From Macrostomum lignano (Eukaryota), in the NCBI GenBank assembly GCA_002269645.1, contig NIVC01001919.1, positions 1 through 40,704 on the forward strand: a stretch of 40,704 nt of DNA. The letters are read 5' to 3'. Positions 23,235 through 33,909 of the stretch are shown here, piece after piece (position 1 is the stretch's first letter; each line of letters opens with the position of its first letter). The notes below the pieces were generated by a model that was given only the letters and a program-made list of their open reading frames with translations, was not told where the DNA came from and searched no databases. The translations under genes were made by a program, and so were the position numbers.

Positions 23235-24047
23235 TCAAGCGGCAACATTTTCCATTGAGAATGTAAAATTGATTTTCTGTCCGGGTGGGCATTGAAACTC
23301 CATCTTCATCGATGCCGGAGCCTTTGGCTGGGGGTTTTGCATCTGTTCAAGTGGCTCAGGCTCAGGCACTGGCGGCGGCACTGGATTCGGCTGCGGCGGC
23401 TCCTGCTCGGGAGGCGGAATCTGCGGTGGCAACGGTGGCGGCGGCGGTGGTGGCGGCGGCGGCGGCGGTTGCGGCTCCTGTCCTGGCTCATTGTTTTGAT
23501 TGGGTTCCGGAGGTGGCAGTTGAAGTGGCGGCTGCGGTGGTGGCAGCTGATTAATGCCCTGCGAAACCAGGTTGAACACCTCTTGATTTGCTGGCCCATC
23601 GGCCAGTGGCACCTGCCGCCTGCCTAAACGACGTAGCCACCGCACTGGGTTGCGATGGTCGACCGCAGCTGGTTGGCTGCGGAGCCTAGGGATCTTGCGG
23701 AAGTTTTTCCTAGTAAGGATTTGTTTGATTAGCCATCTGCTGCCTTCTGTTCTAGAATACTTCAGCAGGTTTGCCGCCGTGAGATTGAACCTGACCGACG
23801 GGTGGGCGGGCCTCAACCGCTGGCCTACGGCGGTTGCTAGCTGAAGCGCAACTTCGCTGGCCGGGCTGAGGCTGTTGCTTGCCTGGCAAATGGCCGGCAC
23901 TGGCTCTGTTTTATTACTTATGGCGGCAGTGGGAGAGCAGTATCGAAACAGCAGCCATGCAATGCAGAAGCAGATGGCGGACAGGCCAGAATAATTGCAC
24001 AGGAATGAGATGGAGGGCTCAAAAAGGCTGACGATCGTCAGCATCAT
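23235..24047 (-). CDS. Orphan 270-aa ORF: hydrophobic N-terminus, basic middle, Pro-rich C-terminal half
   Basis: Uninterrupted GC-rich 813-nt ORF in AT-rich flanks; ATG directly preceded by CAG; no recognisable domain. Confidence 0.55.
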   Translation of the reverse strand: MMLTIVSLFEPSISFLCNYSGLSAICFCIAWLLFRYCSPTAAISNKTEPVPAICQASNSLSPASEVALQLATAVGQRLRPAHPSVRFNLTAANLLKYSRTEGSRWLIKQILTRKNFRKIPRLRSQPAAVDHRNPVRWLRRLGRRQVPLADGPANQEVFNLVSQGINQLPPPQPPLQLPPPEPNQNNEPGQEPQPPPPPPPPPPPPLPPQIPPPEQEPPQPNPVPPPVPEPEPLEQMQNPQPKAPASMKMEFQCPPGQKINFTFSMENVAA

Positions 24048-25294
24048 CTGTGTTGGTCAGGCAGCCTGGTGGCAATGCAAAAGGCTTTCGCTTTGGGTAC
24101 GCAAGCAGTTGCAACCGTGAATAATAATTTGCTGTGAATTTTGTTTGTTGCCTTATTCTGACCTATTCTAGAATTTTCATAGCAAAATAATGATTTCAAA
24201 TTTTAGGATACTTTACTCACATACAGCTAGTGATAGTGTAACTATCAGCATTTAATAGTGTCTCGTTTCAATAATTTCAGAAGAAATAAACAAACATGTA
24301 CTATCAGTATACAGAAATAAGGAATGCAAAACCAAGCCTAAATACTTAAAAGATAGCTTTGTACGAGCGTAAGAAACAACTCTTAAATATAAAATGAGTA
24401 AGCACAACAAAGTTTTGGTGGGACTTACCGATTATTCTTCACACACTTTTTTATTGGATTTCGATAAAAAAATCCAACACTTCAAGAGGCTTAAGAGGCT
24501 CAAGAGGCTTATCTTAGTTGTTAAAAGGATTAGATGTCTGTAACTGCTTGGTTGTAGTTAGCTCGTACTTCTCATGCTAGATAAATTAACAAATTAAAAT
24601 ATATATATTATATATATTATAGTTCCTTTTTATGAACTCACTTTTTCGACTCATATAGCGTACATTGGAGTAGGTATATGAACAACTGGGCGTACGAAAG
24701 TTGTGTATTTTTAGATTGTGGAGTGGCCTACGGCTACGTTAGTACTTGTAGGGATGAGAGAACACTGCATTGCACTGCGTACTGCACATAATGTTAGTAC
24801 ATTTCAGCTGCGTACAGCATTGCTTGATAAGTTGTGCATAGTCTTTGCCAACTTATGTCTACCCAACCTTGTTTATCAATTTTGATATGCATAATGTTAA
24901 AACAGTCATGTATCAAACGCCTAAATGTAGAAAGAGACAAAATATGTAAAATCGAAGGATTTTTGGCCTCGTTGATGGCGGTCCGAACCAGAATTTTAAA
25001 TTCCAGATTTGTTTCAACGGCTATAGTTTTTCTATAGTTAATGTACATTCTATAGTCCTTCTTGACGACATTAAATGTATTTTTTCATTGTATTATGAGC
25101 TGATGTGCAACTAAGAGCATCAAAAATGAATTCGCAAATATACAATTCACCATGGCTTAAAATTACCTTTAAATTTGAGATATATGGAAAAAACTTTCAT
25201 TAATTCGTTCAGCAACTCAGTACTGTCAACTGTGCCATCAGTGTATTGAGTCCTCCGCGGAAAACAGCTATGGAACTCAACAGCATGTCGCAGA

Positions 25295-26914
25295 CTAGTT
25301 CAGACAGAAGTTCTCTTCCGCGTAGGCCCCAACGCACAGCGAGTACTTGATCACGTGCGCAATGTAGGGCTGCTCGTGTGTCGTGTGAAACAGGTGAGAT
25401 CCGGGTCCCCTGGCGTAGATTGGCACGTCTTCAGCACCGTGTGACTCTGACGACTGGCGAATCAATGACTGAGTCAAGTACTCTGGATTGTCTGTGTCCA
25501 CATCCGTCACGTTCTCTCGCCGGCCCTTCTTAACCCCCGATGGACCGTCGCCGTAGTACAAGGGTGTGTAGGGCAGCTTGTCATCTGCCAACGCTTCACC
25601 CTTGTTGTTGTACTTATCATTTTTAGAGTAGGTGACCTTGCCGAACAGAGGCTGCCCCCTGCGGCCGTAGCCCCCGATAGCGAACACGTGACTGTGATCC
25701 GCTGTCACAACCGTCAGAGTGTCGTTAGAATTCGTCAGCTGGCCCGCCACCTTGATCGCTTTGTCGAACGCGACAAGATCGTGCATGGATTTTTTGGCCA
25801 AGTTGTCGTGATGTCCGTGATCGATTCGTCCTCCCTCAACAAGCAAAGCGAATCCCTTGGGATTTTGGCTCAAAATTTCAATCGCCTTTCTGGTCATTTC
25901 CTCTATCGTCGGCTCCTTCTGATCCTTCTGATTGTCCACGTCAAACTGAAGATGCTTGGTAGCGAAAAGACCGAGGTACATCGCGTTGGAATCAAATTTT
26001 GTATTTCTGAGTTCCTCTTTTGTCTCAATGTAGATTGCGCGACGCCCAAACCCTGCCTGCAGCTTCTTCCATCGCTCCACCAGGTTCTCTGAGCCGCTCC
26101 TGCTGCCCTTGACGAGCTTCTCTTTGATCTGATCAAAAGTTGTCTCAGTATTAGGCAGAAATTTTAGTCGACCACCACCAAAGATGACAGTAAAATTGAT
26201 AGCATTGTCTACCAGCTGTTGGGCAATGTCCGGGCACATCCATCGCACGGACTCATCCTCAACATCCTCGTTCCTGTCGGTGTCATCCTCCCAGTTTCGT
26301 GAAGATGTATGCGAGTACGCCGCACCCGGCGTTGCATGCGTGATTCTCGTTGTGGTGACGATGCCGACCGACTTGCCGAGCTGCTGGGCTTCAGTCAAGA
26401 ATGAGTTGACGTAGCGCTCCTTGAGCTGGGATGTGCAGTTGCTTGTTGTCACGAGTTCGTTCATGCCCATCGTACCAAACTTTGCCTTCACTCCACACAG
26501 GTAGGCAGTGGCGGTCCCCGCGCTGTCCGGAGTCTGCATGTCAGTGTTGTACGTCTTTGACAGGCCTGTGTGAGGGAACTTCTCAAATTCCAGCGTTGCC
26601 TCTTCGCCGCTTTTTCCGTCAAGCTGCCCTTTAAGGATGCGCCCAGCTGTGACGGATGTGATGCCCATTCCGTCTCCGAGGAAGAGAATGGCATTCTTGG
26701 CCCTGTAGTCAGTCCTCTGGTTGAATACTTCGGTGGCCGTCTTGAGATCCTGTCGAGCGATTGTTGTCCAGTGTCTTGGATCCGAGTTCAGCTTCAGAGG
26801 TACTTCTTGAGCTCTGCTTGATTTGCTCCTGATCAATCGGTGTGGTGACCCGTGACTCAGGGAGCAGCAGGTCAGGATGAAGACCGCCAGAACCAATCGA
26901 AGCTTCAAGCTCAT
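25295..26914 (-). CDS. Alkaline phosphatase, animal type, single exon, 539 aa
   Basis: Signal peptide MSLKLRLVLAVFILTCCSLSHG; LFLGDGMG, active-site PDSAGTATAYLCGVK, TTTRITHATP, VEGGRIDHGHH, VTADHSH, ESHGAEDV motifs intact. First ATG is at 26914 (the ORF track starts on TTG). Confidence 0.95.
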   Translation of the reverse strand: MSLKLRLVLAVFILTCCSLSHGSPHRLIRSKSSRAQEVPLKLNSDPRHWTTIARQDLKTATEVFNQRTDYRAKNAILFLGDGMGITSVTAGRILKGQLDGKSGEEATLEFEKFPHTGLSKTYNTDMQTPDSAGTATAYLCGVKAKFGTMGMNELVTTSNCTSQLKERYVNSFLTEAQQLGKSVGIVTTTRITHATPGAAYSHTSSRNWEDDTDRNEDVEDESVRWMCPDIAQQLVDNAINFTVIFGGGRLKFLPNTETTFDQIKEKLVKGSRSGSENLVERWKKLQAGFGRRAIYIETKEELRNTKFDSNAMYLGLFATKHLQFDVDNQKDQKEPTIEEMTRKAIEILSQNPKGFALLVEGGRIDHGHHDNLAKKSMHDLVAFDKAIKVAGQLTNSNDTLTVVTADHSHVFAIGGYGRRGQPLFGKVTYSKNDKYNNKGEALADDKLPYTPLYYGDGPSGVKKGRRENVTDVDTDNPEYLTQSLIRQSSESHGAEDVPIYARGPGSHLFHTTHEQPYIAHVIKYSLCVGAYAEENFCLN

Positions 26915-27469
26915 ACTTCTTTCCAAAGAATTTCTTTATATGGAACCGCGCGGAGATGTTTCGACTCTTGTCTTGGACTCTCGGTAGCAAACAATTTGGT
27001 TATAAATACTGGTGGGATCGCTGGGGACTTTGTCATTCTAACTGGCTGGGGTCATGTTGAACCGGTATAGCACGTCGTGCCTGCATGGCGTAAGAAGTTC
27101 GTGTAGTTCACGTGTGGCTGGAGAATTATGCAACTAATTCAATCCCCTTGGCCTTATCGACACGAGTGAAACAGTTTGGAACCGAATTTTCACTAGTGGC
27201 GACGGACCCCGTTCAGCGGGTATTCAGCAAGAGTGCGAGGGCGCCGATAAGAGTTGTCACTTCATGTAGTTTTATTCGTCGGATTTCAAATATCAAATGG
27301 CTGTGCTTCAAAGGCCGAAGCACTTTGTCGACCTTTTCTGACAGTTAATGACATAAGTTCATTATTAAATGCAAGCTAAATATAGCTTTTTTACCGAAAA
27401 TTTGATTTAATTCCCAGACCACAGCTCATTGGAATCAGCAGCTGGCGCCAACAGTTTCCCATTTAGTTC

Positions 27470-27731
27470 TTGGCCCGCTATCCGGCCCTCGAGTGCTTTG
27501 AAACTTTACAATAGCAATCCCGTCTGCTCAAGTTTGGTGTCTGTTTTCATTCTTTTCTTCTCTCCTCTCTCTTCTCCCTTTCCTCTCTCCTCTTTCCTAT
27601 CTTTTTTCTTCTCCCCCTTCTCCTCTTTCCGCTCTCTCATCTCTCATCTCTTATCTTCTATTACCTCTCCGTTCCACTCTCATCAGACCCACAGCAGGCC
27701 CTTGAGGTAAAAAATGGTTTCTGAGCCTCTG
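27470..27731 (+). mobile_element. Copy of the Charlie-like GA/TC-rich repeat family
   Basis: CTATCCGGCCCTCGAGTGCTTTGAAACTTTACAATAGCAATCC matches the reverse complement of about 17000-17043; ends GGCCCTTGAG...GGTTTCTGAGCCTCTG. Confidence 0.55.
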
Positions 27732-27967
27732 CGACTCAGCAACCAGTCTAATCGTCAAGCAACTCTCTTCGAATGTGATTGAGGCAACAATCGTGACAAT
27801 CTGTGTTGATTCACAGAATTTCAATTATTCCATCGGGCCTCTGCCTTTTTGTTCAAGCAAGGGCTGATGTCTTGCGTACTTTTTTGCTTTCTCTAAATAT
27901 CCTGTCCTGAGTAAAATATCCTGTCACTTAGTTTTAGACCAGGGGTGTAGCCTGGATTTATGATGGT

Positions 27968-28346
27968 GGCGCCAAGCCTGCTGGTAAGTAAGGGGCGCCA
28001 AGCCTGCTGGTAAGGGGGGGGGGCGCCAAGCCTGCTGGTAAGGTTGGCGCCAAGCCTGCTGGTAAGGGGGCGCCAAGCCTGCTGGTAAGGGGGGGGGGCG
28101 CCAAGCCTGCTGGTAAGGTTGGCGCCAAGCCTGCTGGTAAGGGGGCGCCAAGCCTGCTGGTAAGGGGGCGCCAAGCCTGCTGGTAAGGGGGCGCCAAGCC
28201 TGCTGGTAAGGGGGGGGGCGCCAAGCCTGCTGGTAAGGTTGGCGCCAAGCCTGCTGGTAAGGGGGCGCCAAGCCTGCTGGTAAGAAGGGGGCGCCAAGCG
28301 TGCTGGTAAGGGAGGGGGGCGCCAAGCGTGCTGGTAAGGGGCGCCA
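27968..28346. repeat. GC-rich 22-28 bp minisatellite
   Basis: Unit GGCGCCAAGCCTGCTGGTAAG plus a variable G-run or GTT linker, about 15 copies. Confidence 0.95.
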
Positions 28347-29212
28347 CATGCCTTGCCAGCTGATTGGGGGGTGGCAGCAATGGCTATCGCTTCTTCATTT
28401 TACTTAAAAGCTACAAAATAATCTTATCTCCTTACCTAAAAAATTATTGTGTGAGATTACTGTCCTGATTCTGTAAGTTTTTGCGTAGTCTTAGATTCGG
28501 TTTGTTTCTTTCTATATAAACTTTTTTACTATTTACTTCAAGTTTGCTTACCTGTATCCATCCAAACTATTAGCAAGTTTTTGTTTGAGTGTGACTTCAG
28601 ATTTTAGAATGCATGCAAAAATAGCCCCGGGAATTGGAATTCAACGGGTTTAAAATCTGCGGGCTTCAACAGCTTGTAGTATGTATAGTATATTAAAGTA
28701 TTAAAGTATGGCTTAATATAGTTAAATAATATAGTATTTTATATAACCCATCACATAAAATAACAGACAGACCTAAACAGCATAAAATTTGGCAATCTAA
28801 AACGCAAACAAGGTGAAACTGCTCCAGCAAAATAAAATTTGTTATCGTTCAAATTGAATTAAAAACAAAATTGACGCGCTAAGCAGCTTAATTGGAATTT
28901 CAGAATAGTGATGGGTGAGCAGTGGGTTACAAGGAAAAACAAATCTAATCGAAGAAAAACTCTTCATAAAATGCTTGACAAATCACTAAATAAAAAATAA
29001 GGCTTTATAAACAATCTCGAGACTTTCGGCTAAATAGAGAGGAAAAATCGAGAAAAAAAACCTGAGAATAGAAGCCTAGCACTATGTTGACTAGAGAAGA
29101 AGAAGCTATGCTCGCACCAAGCAAAAAATAAATAATCATTTTTGATCTGAATAAGTACGAGTATCTGCAAATTCAATGTTCCAATCAATGTTGATTTTGT
29201 TGGCAGAAGAGC

Positions 29213-30716
29213 CTACGGACAAACGGCTGGGTCAGTCAAGCCTTCCGCTGCCTCATCAACGAGTCGCAGTAGCGTCTGAGCAGTCGCCAGGTCCCGAAAG
29301 TACCGGAACTCCCTGTCGGCACGAGGCACAGGGCTGAGCCAGCTGCGGGAAGCCGTCGCGAGTGCCTCAGCCTCCGACTCGAGCTGCATCACCGAGCTTC
29401 TGTGGCCGAGCTGGGAGCTAGCATCTCTCAGCGCCATCAGGATGTACATTCGCTGCAGGCCGGGCTTCAGATGCGACTGCGCTTCAGCCAGGTGATGACT
29501 GAGCTGCCGCCTGAATCGAAAAATGTGGTTTGACAGAGTTGGATAAGCACAGAGTTGGATAAGCACAGAGTTGGATAAGCACAGAGTTGGATAAGCACAG
29601 AGTTGGATAAGCACAGAGTTGGATAAGCACAGAGTTGGATAAGCACAGAGTTGGATAAGCACAGAGTTGGATAAGCACAGAGTTGGATAAGCACAGAGTT
29701 GGATAAGCACAGAGTTGGATAAGCACAGAGTTGGATAAGCACAGAGTTGGATAAGCACAGAGTTGGATAAGCACAGAGTTGGATAAGCACAGAGTTGGAT
29801 AAGCACAGAGTTGGATAAGCACAGAGTTGGATAAGCACAGAGTTGGATAAGCACAGAGTTGGATAAGCACAGAGTTGGATAAGCACAGAGTTGGATAAGC
29901 ACAGAGTTGGATAAGCACAGAGTTGGATAAGCACAGAGTTGGATAAGCACAGAGTTGGATAAGCACAGAGTTGGATAAGCACAGAGTTGGATAAGCACAG
30001 AGTTGGATAAGCACAGAGTTGGATAAGCACAGAGTTGGATAAGCACAGAGTTGGATAAGCACAGAGTTGGATAAGCACAGAGTTGGATAAGCACAGAGTT
30101 GGATAAGCACAGAGTTGGATAAGCACAGAGTTGGATAAGCACAGAGTTGGATAAGGTGCTAGGCGGATTAGGCTAGGGCTATTAGGCTGCCATAGACATG
30201 TCAGTGAAGAGCTGGGTGGATCTGGACGATAGGGACAATCAGAGTTGAGGATAAAAACGGACTCAGTCCCAGCAAGACTCACCAGAGCTGCTCGGCTTCC
30301 GCCATCTCTTGCAGCCTCACCTGCGCCATCAGCAGCGCAGTCGCTTTGATCCGGCGGAAGTGGCACCGCAGGAAGTCACCAGCTCCGGTGCCGTTGCCGG
30401 TGAGCAGCAGGGCGTCAATTTTCAGCAACAGCGCGGCTTCGAACTGTTTCACCTGGCGATCCAGCGACTTGCCCCTGAGGCGGTTGCTGGCCGCCAGGCG
30501 ATCCCTGAAGTCCTGCAGATGGCCAGCCGCGTCCAGGAGGTTCTTCCGAGCCAGCTGGCTGAGATTCCTGCAGAAGCACCTAGCGGGTCCAGTACGCTTC
30601 ACCTGGCTGGCGATTCTGTGAGCCACACTGACCGTCCGGTGCCACGACGGCAACGTTGCGTCAGCAGCGCCAGCGAGCAGCAGCACAGGAAGAAGCGCAG
30701 ATAGCCGAGAGTACAT
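29213..30716 (-). CDS. Predicted secreted alpha-helical protein, 2 exons, 243 aa
   Basis: Exons 30716-30283 and 29510-29213 with GTGAGT donor, TTCAG acceptor and matching phase (TG|G = Trp). Signal peptide MYSRLSALLPVLLLAGAADA; 4 Cys; N-glycosylation sequons at N51 and N108. Confidence 0.75.
29533..30155. repeat. Near-perfect 16-bp tandem array, about 39 copies, intronic
   Basis: Unit AGAGTTGGATAAGCAC, no internal variants seen by eye. Confidence 0.98.
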
Positions 30717-31861
30717 GGCAAGTATATTGTCTTGACTAGTTGCTTGGATTAGCAAAAGATTAGCTCCTTTTATGCACCTAATCATCTCATTAGCATTGGA
30801 ATTTCCGGGAAAGCAGGAATATGAGTTTCTAAAAGGCTAAAAATAGCTTCAGTTAAAATAATGGTGGATGAGGATGGCAAAAAGTTCATCTGGCTATTGT
30901 TGCAGAAACTGCCTCTGGGAAGACTTTTGCACATCATGGTTGGAAATTCCTAGGCTTCCTCATTCTCTATTTTTACTAGATGAAGAGATGCCAACCCATT
31001 TCCAGAAATATTTGCTTCTCGGCTCCATTGGGATTACCGAGAGTTTGTATACTGAAATACTTTTGGCAGTATTTGTCTCTCGTGCCGCAGAAATACATCT
31101 GCTGCAGCTGCAGTGAGCTGAAGAAGAAGAATGCTGAGAAGAAAACAGTTGAGAGTAGGCCGTCTCACATCTGCATTTGTTAGACGCAGCAGACTCGTAA
31201 AACTCAATGCGAATCCGTAGCTGCTAGCAAAAAACTGCCCGCAGGCCTTCGATTCTTCTTAACTCCTGCAAGCAGCGTGAGACCTGTCTAGCTCTATCCA
31301 GGGCCCTTCACCAATTCCAAAACCAAATAACAACAAACTGAAAACAAAAAAAATTGCACTGGGTGTTTAGCAGCAACGCCACAAAAGTATACTTCACCGT
31401 AGACTACAGCTACGTGCTCGGAACAACATCAAGGATATAATATTGACAACAACTGGACAAAATTAGAGTGGGACTACGTGTTGCAACACTTTCTAATGGA
31501 GCTTAGGAAGCCAAATGAAAACGGGGGCACTGATACCAATTGAAGAATTCCGTTGTCTATGCTAGCGGAGATAAGCTACTGATAGTATCCGCAAGTTTTA
31601 TCACTAGGGAATAGACAAGGCGAACAGGCAGAGTGAGTTACATGACAATACGCTCGTAATCCAGCTCACAGCAATACTCGTAATTTAAAATTTGGTTGCT
31701 ATGTATACATGAAACTATTTGTGCAACGTTTTCCAACGAGCTTCAAACTGTTTTCTGTTACACCTGCAGAAGAGGTTGCTAATCGTAAACACCTACCGGT
31801 ACATACATGTAGATAAACCAGTCGTTGCAGAGACCCAGTTCCCTTATAAAAGCGGCTGGGT

Positions 31862-32782
31862 TTACAAGCGAGTTATAAAGCGTCCCGGTTCGCCGGCGTC
31901 TGCTTCCCTGCTTGAATCGACAGCTTCTTCCGAACTGGCGGCAGGCACAACGGCTGAAGTCGGCTGTCTAGGTAAAGTGCCTGGCGGCGAGCCTGAGCTG
32001 GCCTCGATGGAGGTGCGATTAAGGTGGGTAGAAATCTCTCCGTCGTTACTCGAAACAACTGTCTGACTCAGAAAGGTCGACCGGCCCAGGCCGCTGTCGA
32101 TCGCCCGCCTCAGGTTCTGTCGCCGAAGCTGAACGTTGTTCTCATTCACACCCGCTCGCGAGGCCTCCTCAAGAATCACTTCCGGCCTCACCATCGGGAT
32201 CTTCTTTCCACCAGAGAGATCAAGAAAGCGCCGCATGCCGAACTCCACGACCTCAGTTGAAGCGCCTGCATTTCTCAGGCCGATTTCCAGCTCAGCCAGC
32301 ATGAACAGCATGCGCAGGCAGACGTGCGGATACCCGTTGGTGGTCCGACAAATGCTGATGTACTTGATGTCCTCCTTCCGGTTCAGAAGATCCCTCAGGC
32401 CGGTTACCTCCTGCTCATTGAGGAAGATGTTCATTGCAGTTTCTGACTGCTCGGCATTGGCGCTAATTAGCGAGCTGCACTTCACTGCCAGCTGAGTATC
32501 ATTCCTGATCTCGGGAGCACTGGCCATGTCGGTAGTTACCACTATTTGCTCAGTAAAGTGAAGCCTGTATCTGCCACAACCATATAGCAATGGTGTGCAA
32601 AGGAGCGCTCGGGAAGCGCAACTGATCTGAAGTGGCCGCAAGTGTCTACAGACTCCTGCATACTCTTTTATTATGCCTTCCAGCGTGTACAGCAGGTACG
32701 TATTTATTTTTATTACTTTCTCCAATGAGAGTTGGAAAATTTTTTTCTTCCATTGCATTGCTTGTTGAGTAGCATCCGTCAT
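31862..32782 (-). CDS. Unknown 306-aa ORF, possibly transposon-associated or decaying
   Basis: Long ORF with a protein-like core (IFLNEQEVTGLRDLLNRKEDIKYISICRTTNGYPHVCLRMLF...); may continue through a frameshift (LYNSLVNPAAFIRELGLCNDW). An upstream 83-aa ORF (32942-33193) carries a basic RKVKKKRAR stretch. Confidence 0.45.
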   Translation of the reverse strand: MTDATQQAMQWKKKIFQLSLEKVIKINTYLLYTLEGIIKEYAGVCRHLRPLQISCASRALLCTPLLYGCGRYRLHFTEQIVVTTDMASAPEIRNDTQLAVKCSSLISANAEQSETAMNIFLNEQEVTGLRDLLNRKEDIKYISICRTTNGYPHVCLRMLFMLAELEIGLRNAGASTEVVEFGMRRFLDLSGGKKIPMVRPEVILEEASRAGVNENNVQLRRQNLRRAIDSGLGRSTFLSQTVVSSNDGEISTHLNRTSIEASSGSPPGTLPRQPTSAVVPAASSEEAVDSSREADAGEPGRFITRL

Positions 32783-33264
32783 GTCAGCTTATATCCTACA
32801 TACAAAAAATTAAATGCTTTAGTTTCAAACTGTTCCAGAGTAAAGCTCGTACGTTTCCAGTCACTTTGATGACGTTCCCTGCACACCATACTGCTTCTTT
32901 TCTCTGCTTCTGATCTTATCAGCAGTCAATATTTCTTTTCTCTACACTGAATGCCTAGCAGTATTCAGTGTAGAGTATCGCGCCTCGTCTGTTTCGCTCA
33001 TTTCTGCCCTCAACAGCCTAACTATATTATATTGTAGCCAATCTAAGCCTGCCAACGAAGCGGGCGAAAAATGCCATTTCACGCCCGCTGAATCCATTCT
33101 ATGGTCCAATTCCATTTGAAGTAAGCTATTGGCTTCATTTCTCGCCCGCTTCTTCTTGACTTTTCTATGGCCTAAGCACTCGAGACCTGTCATATTAATT
33201 CATGTTGAAGTCATGTTAGAAAGAAAAATTCATCGTGTTTTTATTCCTTTACTGTTTGTCGAAT

Positions 33265-33745
33265 ATGCTGCGTTATTCTTCAATACGCGAAGACGAAATT
33301 AGTGGATTGAGCTCAGATGAGCTCGATTTCATCACGCATCTCGATCCTCGGGACCATGTCGACAGAATCGGTCAATGGACAGGGCTGACGGATGAGCAAG
33401 AGAGGCTAATTGATGAGGAACTACGCAATCCTACGCCGGACGATCACGTTGGAAACCTGTTTCGTGAATTGACCGAAGAAGAAGAAGCTGGCCTACATCA
33501 TGTGGAGCAAGAAAGTAAACGGAAGTCGACGATTAAGCAAACTGAATTGTATATTCGCAAACGAAAAGTTTCTACGCGCGGAGAATTTACCTGATCACAT
33601 CGAGAATATGCCAGTGAGGTATCTCAACTCCTATCTACGCCTGTTCTTCGTTCAGTTTAACTTTAATCAATCAAACTAAGGTCAGAAGGTATACCGCGTG
33701 AGAAATCGAAAGACTTGTCAATGGACTATTTATCTAATGTTTATC
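33265..33745 (+). mobile_element. Deleted Crypton (tyrosine-recombinase DNA transposon) remnant
   Basis: FRELTEEEE...KRKSTIKQTELYIRK, then after a frameshift EKFLRAENLPDHIENMPVRYLNSYLRLFFVQ, then KLRSEGIPREK..DLSMDY. These resemble Crypton/DUF3504 N- and C-terminal motifs with the core deleted. Motif recall only. Confidence 0.55.
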
Positions 33746-33909
33746 TCATGTTAATGTTAATATCTCATGTTAATGCTAATATTAGCTCAAAATATACACA
33801 TAGTTTCTTTGTGCCCACTTGGGGCCATAGACAACTTTTGCTGGCGGGCAGACATCGTTGCTTTCACCCTCGTTTCGGCAGGCTTAGGACTGCTAAAATA
33901 TTGCTTTTG

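Noticed and set aside
25295-26914. Bacterial horizontal origin of the intronless ALP
   Set aside because: Motifs and Cys pattern look animal-type; retroposition suffices. A phylogeny would be decisive.
29213-30366. 200-309 aa ORFs of repeating LIQLCAYPTLCLSNSV
   Set aside because: Artefacts of a stop-free 16-bp intronic array; a phase-consistent GT-AG intron removes it.
30960-31230. Possible plus-strand exon after an acceptor-like TTTTTACTAG
   Set aside because: All three frames close within 70 codons and no family motif was recognised.
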